Shown: positions 37,493 through 52,005 of the stretch, in pieces
Numbering within the stretch: position 1 is the stretch's first letter
Layout: every line of letters begins with the position of its first letter
Assembly: GCF_006345805.1 (NCBI RefSeq)
Contig: NC_043005.1
Location: 58,032,001 to 58,096,000 of the forward strand
Origin: Octopus sinensis
Taxonomy: Eukaryota
DNA length: 64,000 nt
Direction of reading: 5' to 3'
The notes under the pieces: generated by a model
Told to the model about the DNA's origin: nothing
Database searches by the model: none
Seen by the model: only the letters and a program-made list of their open reading frames with translations
Position numbers and translations under genes: made by a program

Positions 37493-40400
37493 GAACACAG
37501 AAATAAGCAGATAGAGAAAATAAAATAAAATATAGATACATACACACACACACACACTTATAATTATACACACATAAGCATCCATTAATTTTGAGTCCTT
37601 TTTGTTAGGACTGTTGTACTTTTGTGAATTTTTGTGTACTTATCATGTCTCATCCTTTTGTAGTGTCATCACAACACCATTTCTTGGAGTAATCTTGCTG
37701 ATAATATGTTGAAATTGTTTCAATCTTTGGTCAAGAGTTTACGAGGGGAGTGTGGTAATCATGTTTGTGACTTTTCTTGTCCATTGTGAATTACCTGTTA
37801 CCTGTGCTTACTTTTTCTTCTGTTTAATCGTAACACCACAGTGATAGTTTGTTCACACATTTTTTTTATTTCTCAGAAGCCATCATTTCTGCTCCTTTCA
37901 TCTTCTTTTCCTCATTTCCTTTCTTATTTTTTCCTTCATTCTCTCTGACTTTTGTTCTCTCTCTCTCCTGTCCTCCATTTCTAGCCTTCCTCATGATGTT
38001 CTGATTTCCTATAATTCATATTTTACTGCCTATGCATGCTTCTTTCTTTTTCTTCTTGGCTTTACTAACTACCTTTTCATCCTCTGCTTTTTCTCTTTTT
38101 TATGTCTTTGTTCAATTGCTAACATCCAGCAATCTTTGTTGACATTCTTGTCCAAAAATTTTCACCGTTTTAGTAATCTTTGTCACTTTGTTCTGTATTC
38201 TAGTTATCTTAGCCACACAGACTAAATATTTTGCATGCCTTTCATAACATTTACACTTTTTAAATATGTTACATCTAATTTTGTTTTGCTCATTTTTACA
38301 TGGTTGTTGTTGTCCTGTCTTGGTGTCCAACCCTGAAGCATTTGTTATAAATCTACTGGCACTCTGAAGAGAACAATCATGTTGATAATGTACTCAAACT
38401 GCCATGACCTTCAGTTAAAAGCTGAGTTGAACAGTGTAATATTCTTTTATTCTTTTACTTGTTTCAGTAATTTGACTGCAGCCATTCTGGAGTACTGCCT
38501 TAAAGGGTTTTTACTTGAAGAAATCGACCTCAGGACTTACTCTTTGTAAGCCTAATACTTATTCTATCAATCTCTTTAGCCAAACCGCCATGTTACGGGG
38601 ATATAAACCCACTAACATTAGTTGTTAAGCGATGGTAGGGGGAACAGATGAACATAGACACACACACATAAATATATACATGTATATGACAGGCTTCTTT
38701 CAGTTTCTTATTTCCTTACTGCCCGCAAGGGCTACACACAGAAGGGACAAACAAAGGGATTAAGTTGATTACATCAACCCCAGTGCATAACTGGTACTTA
38801 ATTTATCGACCCTGAAAGGATGAAAGGCAAACTCGACCTCGGCAGAATTTGAACTCAGAATGTAACGGCAGACGAAATACCTATTTCTTTATTACCCACA
38901 AGGGGCTAAACAAGGACAGACATAGGCATTAAGTCGATTACATCGACCCCAGTGTGTAACTGGTACTTAATTTATCAACCTTGAAAGGATGAAAGGCAAA
39001 GTTGACCTCGGTGGAATTTGAACTCAGAACGTAATGGCAGACGAAATACCACTAAGCATTTTGCCTGGTGTGCTAACGTTTCTGCCAGCTCGCCACCTTT
39101 TCAGTTTCTGTCTACCAAGTCTACTCACAAGGCTTTGGTCAGCCTGAGGCTATTGTAGAAGACTTGCCCAAGATACCACGCAGTGGGATTGAACCTGGAA
39201 CCATGTGGTTGGGAAGCAAATCCCTGTATGTGTGTTTCTTTGTCCTGCGCATTTTATTTATCTTGTTATCAGTGTTTAATCCTTCTTCTTTACTTGTTTT
39301 ACATTATGTTTAACATTACTTTTCTGGTTGTGGAAGTACTAAAGAACTGTGTGGTATGGGGGTGGGGGATGTATCTCACCTACATTGTGGGTCCTCTCAT
39401 GAAGTTGATTCTTTTCAAATGGAGTATATCTGTGAGAGCCTTACTTGCCTAACCTCTGGCTTAAACCCAATGGCAAATTCCCTGAACAGCAAAAAAGCCC
39501 ACAGTAGTTGTCCTTCAGCTCAAGTGACCTTCCTTGTTCCTGTCTTTCTGGCAAGACCCCTGGCCAGTCACATGATGTCACTGACCATATACTTCATGCA
39601 AAGCCCACTTCCCCACAATCTGGATTTGTAATGTTCATTCATCTGATCAGTAGCATTTATCACTGGAATGAGCAAAATAATTGTAACTGGGAATTAAAAC
39701 AGTTGCAATCAAATTACTTTGCAAAATTGTTACATTCCTAAGAAATAGCTCTGTGCCATGAATATAGTAAATAAAATAAAATAAAATAAAAATACCAGAC
39801 TTAAAAAAAAAAAACAATTATTAATATTATCTTCAGTAAATGAAGAAAATTAAAAAACTCTTTAATGAGTCAAGTGAATGTTAATCTACACATACATTTT
39901 TTTTTTTTTTTTTTTTGCTGTTTTTGTTTAGTTCTCTGATGCATAAAATTGTCTATTAAGTATTTCTGCTGTTAAATTATTGATTATTGATAACCTCAAT
40001 GTTATGGTCATCTTAGTTTGTCATTTAGAGAATTAATAATTAATCAATATATTTTAATTTTTTTTCTTATTTTATTTTCTTATGCCATTTTTTTTTTTCA
40101 ATTCTATAGGACTAATTTAAATTTCTCCATTAAAAGTTTGAATAAATTATGTTAGGAAGAAAAGAAAAACAGAAATCATAAAACAAATGAATTTTAGTGT
40201 TGTACAACAAAAACAAGAAACAAAACCAAGTCATCTTGAAAGAAAGTAGGTCTGTATTTGAATTCATGTTATATTTATTGTAAATATTATAAATAAATTG
40301 GTAAAACATCAGTGACAACAGTAACAACAACAATTCTGTCATCAATGATACCAATATCACTGCCATCACTAAATTATTTGAACTTCTTGGACAGCTTACT

Positions 40401-41454
40401 AACACTATGCACATACACATGCACACATGTGTATGAAGCCATGATGGAACTTCAAGACATTCTATCTGCCAGAAGTAGCAGCCAAATCACCAACAGATCA
40501 CATGCCTCATCTTTAAAAAAAAAAGTAGGATCCATTAGAAAATATAGTCCAAGAAACATCACCATAATCCTCATCATTTTGCATCTGCATTCCATTCTGT
40601 CAGGGGTTGGATGGTTTGACAGGCTTTGATGAACCAGAGACCCAGATTGTGCTCCAGTGTCTCAATTTTAGCATGGTTTCTATGATTTTTAACACTGACC
40701 ACTTTACAGAATGTGGTGTGTGCATTTTGTGTGGCACCAGCACTTGTGGAGTTGCCCTGTAACTTGAAAGACTAAAAAGGAATAGAACTTTTATAAATGA
40801 AGATCACGGCTGAAATGCCTGTAATCATAAAATTTATTCACTTAGGGCTGACCAGGGGCTAAAATATAACAGCAACAAAATTTACAGTAGTATGTTGGAA
40901 TATCAAGAGGCAGGCTAACAATATTTTAGTATTTCAACTAAAATCAGCAAGTGCATAGAGTAGCAAGAGATAACAAAATGAAAATGGATATGAAAAATTA
41001 TTAGATTCTTTGGAGTGAACAAAGAACAGAATGGCATTGAAGTTTTTCAACTAAAATAATGAATCAAATGAGAGATGGTTGTGCATAGAACTAATGCTGC
41101 TGGGAAGGGAAAATAGTTGATTCTTTGAACATTAAGTCTTTGAATGGTAAAATAGCAGAGTGATAGAAAAGTGAAGTGAAATGCCGGTGTGACTGTGCAG
41201 TTGCAAAGTTCACTTTGCAACCATATAGTTTGGGTCCAGTTATACTCCATGGCATTATATGCGTATGAATATGAGCACAAGTGTGTGTGTGTAAATGTTT
41301 ATATTTGGCACTAAGTTGAACTACACACAGTGATGTTTTCAGGCATTTCCTTATCAACAAATCATCTGGAATAAAGATTTTTGCCAACATAACATGGCAG
41401 TCCTGGTTTAGAATGAATGTTGCTGTAATTTAGCCTCAGGAGACATCGTCTCCA

Positions 41455-41660
41455 GCTGGCTATACGACATGATCTGTGTCCTTATATTTTCAAGCAAAGG
41501 AATCTAGCACCCCCACTCAGCGCAAAACAATACCCGTGTATCGTGATTTCCAGGTTACACAGATATTGTTTTGCGATACACAGATATTGTTTTGAGCTGA
41601 GTGGGGGAGCTAGATTCCCTTGTTCGAAAATATAAAGACACAGATTGTGTTGTATAACCA
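41455..41660. repeat. Inverted repeat with arms of about 75 bp
   Basis: gctggctatacgacatgatctgtgtccttatattttc...cccccactcagcgcaaaacaata / tattgttttgagctgagtggggg...gacacagattgtgttgtataaccagc. Confidence 0.85.
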
Positions 41661-41763
41661 GCAGAGACACTTCCAAGGAAGGGAAAAAAGGAAGAAGGAA
41701 GAAAGGGGGGAAAAAAAAGCAGTTGAAAAATCGATTGTAGCAGTGACTCAATCAATCACTAGG

Positions 41764-41805
41764 GATATCTGAAGAAGGAATTTTTATATTCCAAAATATT
41801 ATGTC
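41764..41805 (+). ncRNA. Degenerate hammerhead motif (GAAA to AAAA)
   Basis: GATAT CTGAAGA A GGAAT-ttttat-ATTCC AAAA TAT T ATGTC; stems I and II pair, G12 is lost. Same family as 1966-2006. Confidence 0.45.
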
Positions 41806-42192
41806 AGACTAGGGATGATTAAATTACACTACTTATTATAGTCCATTATTGTTATTATAGTGCATTATTGTGCCATTCAAAACAGATTATTAATATATAT
41901 TTTTATATATATATCTACTTTTATTCTTTTATATATTTCAGCCCTAAGGCTGTGCCATACGGGACACCAATCATCAACATTTGATGTCCATTTTCCATGC
42001 TAGCATAGCTTGGACAGTTTGGCAGGAAGTTGCACGCCAGAGAGGTGCATCAGGCAGACTCAAGTTGTCTCTTTTGACACGGATTCTTTAGCTGGATGCC
42101 CTTCCTATTGTCAACCACTTTATAGAGTGTACTGGGTGCTTTTTACATGGCACACCAACATAAGTGTTTTTTAATTTGCTCATTATGTGGCT

Positions 42193-42224
<32 letters not shown>

Positions 42225-43187
42225 GACATGCACATAGGGCCAGCTCAAGGTACTGGAAGCTTGGGCAATCAACTAAGGTGCCATGTGCTAGGGGGCACCA
42301 AGGAGGGCATGACAAAGACAAGGAAATTTCCACAACCATCAGCTTGTGCACACCGAAGTTCAGCTTACCTGGGGCATCAGCAACCCGAGGGATGACCCTG
42401 TACATACACACACAAAAGGCTACCACCAACCAAATTCACTCTCAAGAATTTGATCAGGCTGGGGTTAAAGCAGAAGACATTCAAGGTGCTGTGCAGTGGG
42501 ACTGAACCAAAAACCATGTGGTTGCAAAGTGAGCTTGTTAACTATACACCCAGGATTACACTGAAATACCTATTATATGTGTGTTGGGGGTGGGGGCGGT
42601 AGGTCAGTCATGTCTGGAATGCTTTAAAGCATAAGGTGTTCTTGATCATGACTGAAATGGAGCAAAGTAACAACAAAAAAGACAAAAAAAAAACCTCAAG
42701 AAGACTAACAACATCACAGAAAAAAATACACTAAGAAAATCAATAACAAACGACAAATGAGCTGACAGGTAGATTTTTTTTATTTGTTATTTATTTTCAT
42801 AATATTTTTAAAAATTATTTTTTAATTTTTTTTTTTTTCATTGTATTTCTTTTGGAAGCATCTATTTTTTTGTTATGAAATCTGATCTAGAAAGATACAA
42901 ATTTTCATTTTCCTATATTATTATTATTATCATCAAATGATAAATCACTTTAATCCCTCCCTGTAGAGTCTCCACAAGAAAAGTAGAGAAAAAAAAATGT
43001 AAAAAAAAGAAACTTGAAAAGCACCGCATAACAAACTCTCAAAGAATGACTTTGAAATGATATTTTTAGAATCATTTTCAAAAATATATTCTTTACCATC
43101 AAAACCGTTTCTTTATATATGTATATGTGTGTGTATGAATATATCTGCATATGTGTATATACATATATATATTTGTAAATGTATATG

Positions 43188-43219
<32 letters not shown>

Positions 43220-43432
43220 CACACGTGAGTGTATATATGTATATACACGTGCTAGCATGGAAAGCGGACATTAAACAATGATGATGATGATGATGATGAC
43301 ATACACGTATCTAATATCTATCTAGCTAACTAAATGTATGCATATATACACACACACACACATATATATATATCTGTATACTTACATAAATGTGTGTATG
43401 TGTATACATATAAATACATATATATACATGCT

Positions 43433-43539
<107 letters not shown>

Positions 43540-43831
43540 CACTAACATATATGTTTGTGTGTGTGTGTATAAACACACTCACAGATATGTTTAATTTTTG
43601 TGTATAGCATTTGTATTCTCTGGCCTTATTCACTGAGTCTTAACGTTAGTCTAACCGATGCATATCAATATTTTAGGAGCAAGTGAGTACATCAATCACA
43701 GAAAAAATACTGTACCAACAATAGCTGTGGTGGTGGTCATGATGATGAGGTTTGCGGGGTCAGTAAGAACTCACTAGCTTAGCGCTGGTAAGTTCATATT
43801 CCATCAACAGTGCTTTGCATTGTGTCTACAG

Positions 43832-43886
<55 letters not shown>

Positions 43887-44087
43887 ATATATAGAAAGAG
43901 AGGTGGGGGAATCAGTAAAGTGAATTGGTTTCGATGTGGGAATTAATATTGGCTTATGGATAGACATTGTTGTTGCTGTCTCTTAGCCCCAAGTCAGGTC
44001 TGGTCCAATCAAACTGTGGTATTTATATCAGACAGGACTAAACTACTGTTTCCTCACACATGGTGTATGTAAGTGTGTGTGTATATG

Positions 44088-44121
<34 letters not shown>

Positions 44122-44780
44122 GAACATACATATCTCTACAATCATATATATACATATACATACATACACATATATATAACAACAACCAATCATATCTTTA
44201 TTTTAGATCACACCTTAAAAATCCAGCAATTGTTTCGATAGCATTAACATATACATACATATATATATACCTACAAATATACATATTCATACATACATAT
44301 GCATACATACATATACATACTTATGCATACATACATACAATTACATACTTATGCATACATACATAAAATTAATTGTTATTAATTTTATAGAGACTTAGTA
44401 ATTTTAATATTTCTATCATACATACATACTTATGCATACATACATACATACTTATGCATACATATACATACTTATGTATACATAGTTTTATACGTACATA
44501 CATTCCAATGAAGAAGCCTTGGATCTAGGTTAGAAACCAACTCTTTCTCTACTGGCAAGTAATCTTGAAATAGGATTGAAAAATGACATATATACATACA
44601 TACATACATACAAACATACATATATACACAGGGTTGACCAAAAGTCAAATGACAGTAAATCAAAATTCCATAAATACTTAATATTACATAGAAAAATGCG
44701 AGCAAGAGAAATAATATTCTTAAGATAATAAACCTGGAAAATTACAGGACAAGTTATTTGTAAATTTTCTTTGTGCACAG

Positions 44781-44802
44781 GTGTCCAAATAATCACTACA
44801 TG
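44781..44802 (+). other. Candidate 22 nt exon ending in ATG
   Basis: Acceptor aattttctttgtgcacag| and donor ATG|GTAAGC. Splice signals only; no homology support. Confidence 0.25.
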
Positions 44803-45019
44803 GTAAGCATCTAAGTAAGGGATGTTTTATTTGATGTCTGTGCACATTTACCTAGTTGGTTAGTTTCATTTTTGTTTCCCCAATATAACGTTTGTTGCAT
44901 CATGGGCATGTGATACAATATATCAGGTTTTTGGTTTTACAGTTCATATTTGCATTCACTTTTAATCCTTTTCCATTCTTGACTGGTCCCCGTTCTATTA
45001 AATCCCATGTCCTGTATTG

Positions 45020-45527
45020 GGGGTCACCACATTTGGTAACTTGCATTATTTCTTCCTCAGATGCATATCTTGCTTTGGTTAGAAGTGTGCTTCATGCTGG
45101 TCCTGCTACAATTGGTCTTAATTTAAGATCAGACGGTCTGGGAACCTTAATATAGGGAGTCTGAATGTCCTTCAAACAGTCCTTGATTTCTTTAGATTTG
45201 TGGATTTTTGGAAGACCATAGAAGGTACTGGTTTTTACTTCAAACTTAGTAAGGTAATCTAACTCATTTTTTGTAAGTTCATTTTTATATGTGTTTGTAA
45301 GTTTACTAATCTTATTTAATGTATATCTATCTAGATTATTTTCTAATTTTTTGTAGAAATTTTTTGTTAGGCATAGGAGTGGCTGTGTGGTAAGTAGCTT
45401 ACTTATAAACCACATGGTTCCAAGTTCAGTCCCACTTGGGCAAGTGTCTTCTACTATAGCCTCGGGCCGACCAAAGGCTTGTTAGTGGATTTGGTAGACG
45501 GAAACTGAAAGAAGCCTGTCGTATATA

Positions 45528-45614
<87 letters not shown>

Positions 45615-46075
45615 ATATGTTTGTGTCTGTGTTTGTCCTCCCAACATCGCCTGACAACTGATGCTGGTGTGTTTATGTCCCCGTAACTTAGCAGTTTGGC
45701 AAAACAGACCAATAGAATAAGTACTAGGCTTACAAAGAATAAGTCCTGGGGTCGATTTGCTTTACTAAAGGTGGTGCTCCATCATGGCCACAGTCACATG
45801 ACTGAAACAAGTAAAAGAGTAAAAGAGAAGTGATGGTCATTTAGGTGCTCAAGGGCCATTTTTCTATAATGGAATTTGTCCATTATGACAGTTGCCCCTC
45901 CTTAGTCCACTTCTTTAATAATTATTGACTGATCTTTTTGTAAAGATTCCAAAGCTTCTTTTTCTTCATACGTAATATTTGATTTTGCATGGCCCATTGT
46001 GATATTGGATTTTGCAGATCTTTTCAGATACATTCTATATTTCTCGAAGTATCTGTTTTTGTTTACTGGAGGTAT
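45020..46075 (-). mobile_element. Penelope-like element reverse transcriptase N-terminal fragment, interrupted by SINE A (45370-45828)
   Basis: KSNITYEEKEALESLQKDQSIIIKEVD*GGATVIMDK (45830-45990) continues after the SINE as FYKKLENN...STFYGLPKIHKSK...LKLRPIVAGP, all hallmark PLE RT motifs. Confidence 0.88.
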
Positions 46076-47594
46076 AAAGCTTGTCTGATGTATGTATGCA
46101 TTTATGTGTGTATGTGTGTGTGTGTGTTACTGATTTGTAGCCTTGATAGGTGCATGATAGTTGCATACAGATCATTGTCATGCTAGCAGTGTCCTTTGTT
46201 TCTGATCTTCTGTGAAAACATGTCAAGTCATCATCATCGTTTAACATCTGCTTTCCATGCTAGCATGGGTTGGACGATTTGACTGAGAGCTGGCAAACCA
46301 GATGACTGCACCAGGCTCCAATCTTGATCTGGCAGAGTTTCTACAGCTGGATTCCCTTCCTAACGCCAACCACTCCAAGAGTGTAGTGGGTGCTTTTACA
46401 TGCCACCGGCATAGGGGCCAGTCAGGCAGTACTGGCAATGACCTCGCTCAAATGTTTTTACACATGCCACCGGCACAAGTGCCAGTAAGGCGACACTGGT
46501 AACGATCATACTTGAATGGTACCTTTTACGTGCCACTGGCATGGAAGCCAGTTAGCTGCTCTGGCAATGATCAGACTCAGATGGTGCTGTTAGTACCCTA
46601 CTAGCACGGGGCACAAGTGCCAGTAAGACGGCGCTGGTAATGACCACACTTGAATGGTGCCTTTTATGTGCCACTGGCATGGAAGCCAGTTAGCCGCTCT
46701 GTCAACGATCACACTCGTATGGGGATCTTTGCGCCCTGCTAGCACGGATGCCAGTCATCGAATTTGGCAAAAGGAATTACCTTACTTGTAAACAGGTAAA
46801 GGTTGGTGACAGAAAGGGCATTCTTTGGCCATAGAAAATCTGCCTCAACAAAGTTCATCTGATGCATGGAAAAATGGATGTTAAAATGATGATGATGATG
46901 ATAATACCCATTAGGTCCCATAAAAGTGATAGAACAGGCATGGTTAGAATGCTTTTGATTAAAGGTTCAGTTAGGGTTGACCAGTGACCAAATAACAATA
47001 TGTACATATAAATGCAGTCACCTCTCTTGTATATATCACAAGATGCCAGGTAAATGGCAAGGTTTTAGATATACTTTGCCTGTGGAATAAACAAAACAAT
47101 TAAAAAAATTATGGTATGGTAACAGCTGGAATGTTTGCAATCATAAGTGGTCTGCATGATTTGTGATGACCTGGGGCTATAGACATCGCCACCATCACCA
47201 TCTCTAGCCTATCAATGGTAAAAAAAAAAGCTATTACAATTAAAACAAGTTAAAAGTTTAATTCCTCATTGAATTTCCTTAAAAAAAAAAAGATGAAATA
47301 TGTGCGTGTATATATAATGTATACATAAATTAAGACCTAAATTAAACAATGTAAATAACAATAGCTAAAACTGAATGAGATCAGCCAAAGAGAATATGAA
47401 AAAACAAAAACAAAATATAAAACAATAAAATCATTGAGTGGTGTTGAATAATCATTTGAGTATTTTGTGGTTCATTGAAATTGTTCACTACCTTTCACAA
47501 AATCTGAAATTGAAACAAAGAAATCCTTTATTAAAAGAAAAAAAAAAATATATATAATATATATATACACACACACACACATATATATACACAC

Positions 47595-48120
<526 letters not shown>

Positions 48121-48201
48121 ATGTAATGTCTTAAATGTTTGGTAATTCATTTTCATTTTCTAAATTTACATTTTGGTGTGAGTTGGATAAATTTGCAATA
48201 C

Positions 48202-48232
<31 letters not shown>

Positions 48233-51200
48233 ATTGATACTCATCTTTGCTCTATTCAAATAATTATTGATTTCTCATGTTTAATAAATATTTATAATTG
48301 TTTGGTTAAGAAATTCACTTTGCAAACACATGATTATGAATTTGGCTCCAATGTGCAGCACCTTCAGTGAGTATCTTCTACCATAACTCCCACGCTTGAC
48401 TCTTTCCACATGAGAGAATTTGATAAATGGAGACTATAAGAAGCCACTCATCTATGTACATACGTACGTATGTATGTATGTATGTAAAACGCATCCAATA
48501 TGCTCTGTTAGATAATTGGAATTAGGAAAGGCATTCAGCTGTAGAAACTATGTCAAAGTAGACATAGAACTTGGCAGAGTCCTCTGGCTTGTTAACTCCT
48601 ATCAGCATGGAAAAGAATGATGATGATATATAAAGGAAATTAGCAAAGAGAAATAACTCAGAGTGGCTGGTGGCATGTATCTTAAAGACAAATGAACATG
48701 AATGATAAAATTCTTGATTTATTAAACCATCTCTGATGCTCAAATATATACAACTGGCTACTTCTTTCAGTACATTTTTGGTTCATTTATGTAAAACATC
48801 TAGGCCATAAATGTGTTCTGCACTTCTTTGTGTATGTCTAAGTGTCCCATCTGCTGGAGATAAAATATGACAACTGCTGTGCTGATGATACCTGTTTAAG
48901 CAGGAACATGCGGTGAACTGGCAGAAACGTTAGCACGCCAGGCAAAATGCTTAACGGTATTTCGTCTGCCTTTATGTTCCGAGTTCAAATTCCGTTGAGG
49001 TCGACTTTGCCTTTCATCCTTTCAGGGTCGATAAATTAAGTACCAGTTACACACTGGGGTCGATGTAATCGACAATCCCTTTGTCTGTCCTTGTTTGTCC
49101 CCTCAATGTTTAACCCCTTTTGGGCAATAAACAAATAAGAAACATGCATCCACATCTGTCCTCTCATCTCTAGATAATCAGAATGTCTTTTCCTCAGTAG
49201 CATATCAATTTTGGAAAAAATATTTCATTCTTGTGATTATCTTCTCTTCTCATTTGATGATGGTACCAACTGCCATCAAGTAACTGCTTAATTTTTTTCT
49301 AGAAGTGGAGATCATTAGCATCATCATCATCACTACCACCATTTAATGTCCATTTTCTAGGCTGGGATGGTTCGACAGGCATTGGTAAGCCAAAAGAATG
49401 TACCGAGTTCCATTTTCTGCTTTGGCATGGTTTCTGCAGTTGGACGCCCTTACTAATGACAGCCACTTTATAGAATGTATTAGGTGCTTTTTATGTGACT
49501 CTAGTATCAGTGAGATCACTCAGTAAATCACAACACAAGACCCATCAACTGAGCTGAGAGTAGAACTGAACAGGGAGTAGTACTGGGGTGGCTTTGTGCC
49601 AGGTGGTGAGAGGTTATAATATGAGAGGGGACAGAAAGAGAATTTATCTATGTTATTTAATTAATCTTTATATGCATGTGTATTTATTTCTTTATTGGCC
49701 ACAAGGGGCTAAACACAGAGAGGACAAACAAGGACAGACAAATGGATTAAGTCGATTATTTCGACCCCAGTGCATAACTGGTACTTATTTAATCGACCCC
49801 GAAAGAATGAAAAGCAAAGTCGGCCTTGGCAGAATTTGAACTCAGAACATAACAGCAGACAAAATACCGCTAAGCATTTCACCCAGTGTCCTAACGATTC
49901 TGCCAGCTCACCGCCTTATATGCATGTGTATGTAACTCATTTCATGTGTCTTCATTAACACTGTCAGTGAGAAAACAGTCTTTGCTTACAATCCCTTGTA
50001 TGTAAAAAATCATGTAAATTTAGGCTTTGAGATACGAAGACCAGTGGAATGAAAAATATTCCTTAGTTGGAAAATAGTTATGTGATGGCTACTGAAAGAG
50101 TATCCAGCCATAGAGAATCTGCTTCCTCAAATTTCATCTAATCCATGCCAACATAGAAAAAGCAATGTAAAACCAAATGAACAAACAAATGAACCAAAGC
50201 TGCACTTGTATGAATCATCACGTTCTTAACGTTTAATGCAATCTGCTTTCACTATGAAAAGGAAGCCTATTTGATGCCAATGAAGGTAGACAACAATTCA
50301 TTGTGCTTCTTCAATCCAAACAGCCAATTAAAATATATGAGCAAATGAAATAGTTTCTACATGGTCTCTTGAACTGCTTGAAAGAGCAGCTAAATCTTTC
50401 TCAAATGGCACCTTATTGTCTTGAAAGATAAAGGGATGTATCAGGAAATGTAGTCTTAGATATTTATAAAAAGGCAGAAAGATTATAACTTGAAAACATT
50501 TGATTATGGATTTGTTGATTTAACCTAGAGCAAGAGAACAACAATAGGTTCCTCTATATGGTCACTTGGCTTGCTGGCAATATCAGTCAAATCTCCCTCA
50601 CATTACATCATACAATTGCTAAAGATAAAAGTATTTATTAGATAATATAGTCCTACATATCTCCCAAAATTGGGAGTTAATGTTGGAATACCTTTGATCA
50701 TGGGTTTCCTCAATCAGGGTTGACCTAGGGCTAAATAACAGCACTATCAAAAATTAAAATCCTTATAAGAGGCTGATGTTATTTGGATTAAAATGAATTA
50801 TCTGAAATCTCAATCATCATCATCATCATCATTTAACATCTGTTGTCCATGCTTGCATGGGTTGGACGGTTTGACCAAGGCTGGTAAGCTGAAGGACTGC
50901 ACCAGATTGCAGTCTGATTTGGTATGGTTTCTACAGCTGAATGCCCTTCCTAATGCCAACCTCTGAGAGTGTAATAAGTGCTTTTATGTATGACCAACAC
51001 AGGTACGAGTTGTTGTTGTTGTTAAGCAACAAGATGGGTAAGGGTGATTTGGTGATGGTCTAGGGCTTAGAAGCGGGAGACCCCAGATCTTGGGAAAAAA
51101 AAAACTTTGGTCGTCTTGTAGTCGAGGGCTCTTCATTGACACCCGACACCACTGGAAATGGAGATCTCCAGGTCCAAATTCTTGAATGGCACAGGTACCA

Positions 51201-51597
51201 GTTGCGTGACACTGGTATCTGCCATGACCATGATTACACTTGACTTGATGGGTCTTCTAAACAAATAAAATAAATAAATACATGTATAAAGGTTTGGGGT
51301 TGAAGTTACAAGCCATAGAATTTCAACTTACATTATGATAGTTCTCAATTAAAGTCTGTATAATCCATGGTACCAAGACAGCTTGATCTATACTGGTCTG
51401 ATCATGCCACAAAAGAACTGGTGACCAGCAGACAGCCAAAGAATATGATGACATTATGTTTTCTGGACATTCTGATACACTTTTAAGAAGAAAACAAACC
51501 AAACACAATTAATAAAAACAAGAAAAACCCCGATAAAAAAAAATAAAGATGAACATCAGAATTAATACAGTTCTATATTTAAGAGATGAGGAATTAT

Positions 51598-51833
51598 GTA
51601 CATTATTTACAATTGACAGATATTTGTCCTCCTCTTGTTTGTTGTTAACACATTTTGGCTGATATACCCTCCAGCCTTCATCAGGTGTCTTGGGGAAATT
51701 TAGAACCTGGGTTCCCATTCATAAGATATTTTTTGATGTTGTTATTATTACTATAGCGTAGTGGTTAAGAGCGTGGGCTACTAACCCCAAGATTCCAAGT
51801 TCGATCCCAGGCAGTGACCTGAATAATAACAAC

Positions 51834-51867
<34 letters not shown>

Positions 51868-52005
51868 TAAAAAATACTTTAGGAATGAGAACCCAGGCTC
51901 AAAATTTCCCTAAGACACCTGATGAAGGCTGGAGGGTATACCAGCCAAAACGTGTTAACAGTAAACAGAATGAGGACAAATATCTGTTAATAGTAAATAA
52001 TGTAT
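51598..52005. mobile_element. Fold-back PLE-type terminal repeat pair with decayed hammerhead motifs around a tRNA-like head and (TAA)n
   Basis: Right arm: gacac CTGATGA A GGCTGG-agggtata-CCAGCC AAAA; the mirror copy is at about 51640-51695. The centre (51770-51830) has A-box and B-box-like sequence. Confidence 0.65.

Noticed and set aside
38112-38330. Minus-strand ORF with Cys/His residues suggesting a zinc knuckle (LINE ORF1)
   Set aside because: Spacing does not match CX2CX4HX4C, and the surrounding low-complexity purine-rich sequence can produce such ORFs by chance.
44215-44250. GAAACAATTG on the minus strand, like the array's stem III
   Set aside because: Only the 3' half is present, with no core or stem II upstream.
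51770-51830. Possible tRNA gene
   Set aside because: A and B boxes are present, but the acceptor and anticodon stems do not pair properly; treated as a SINE-type head.
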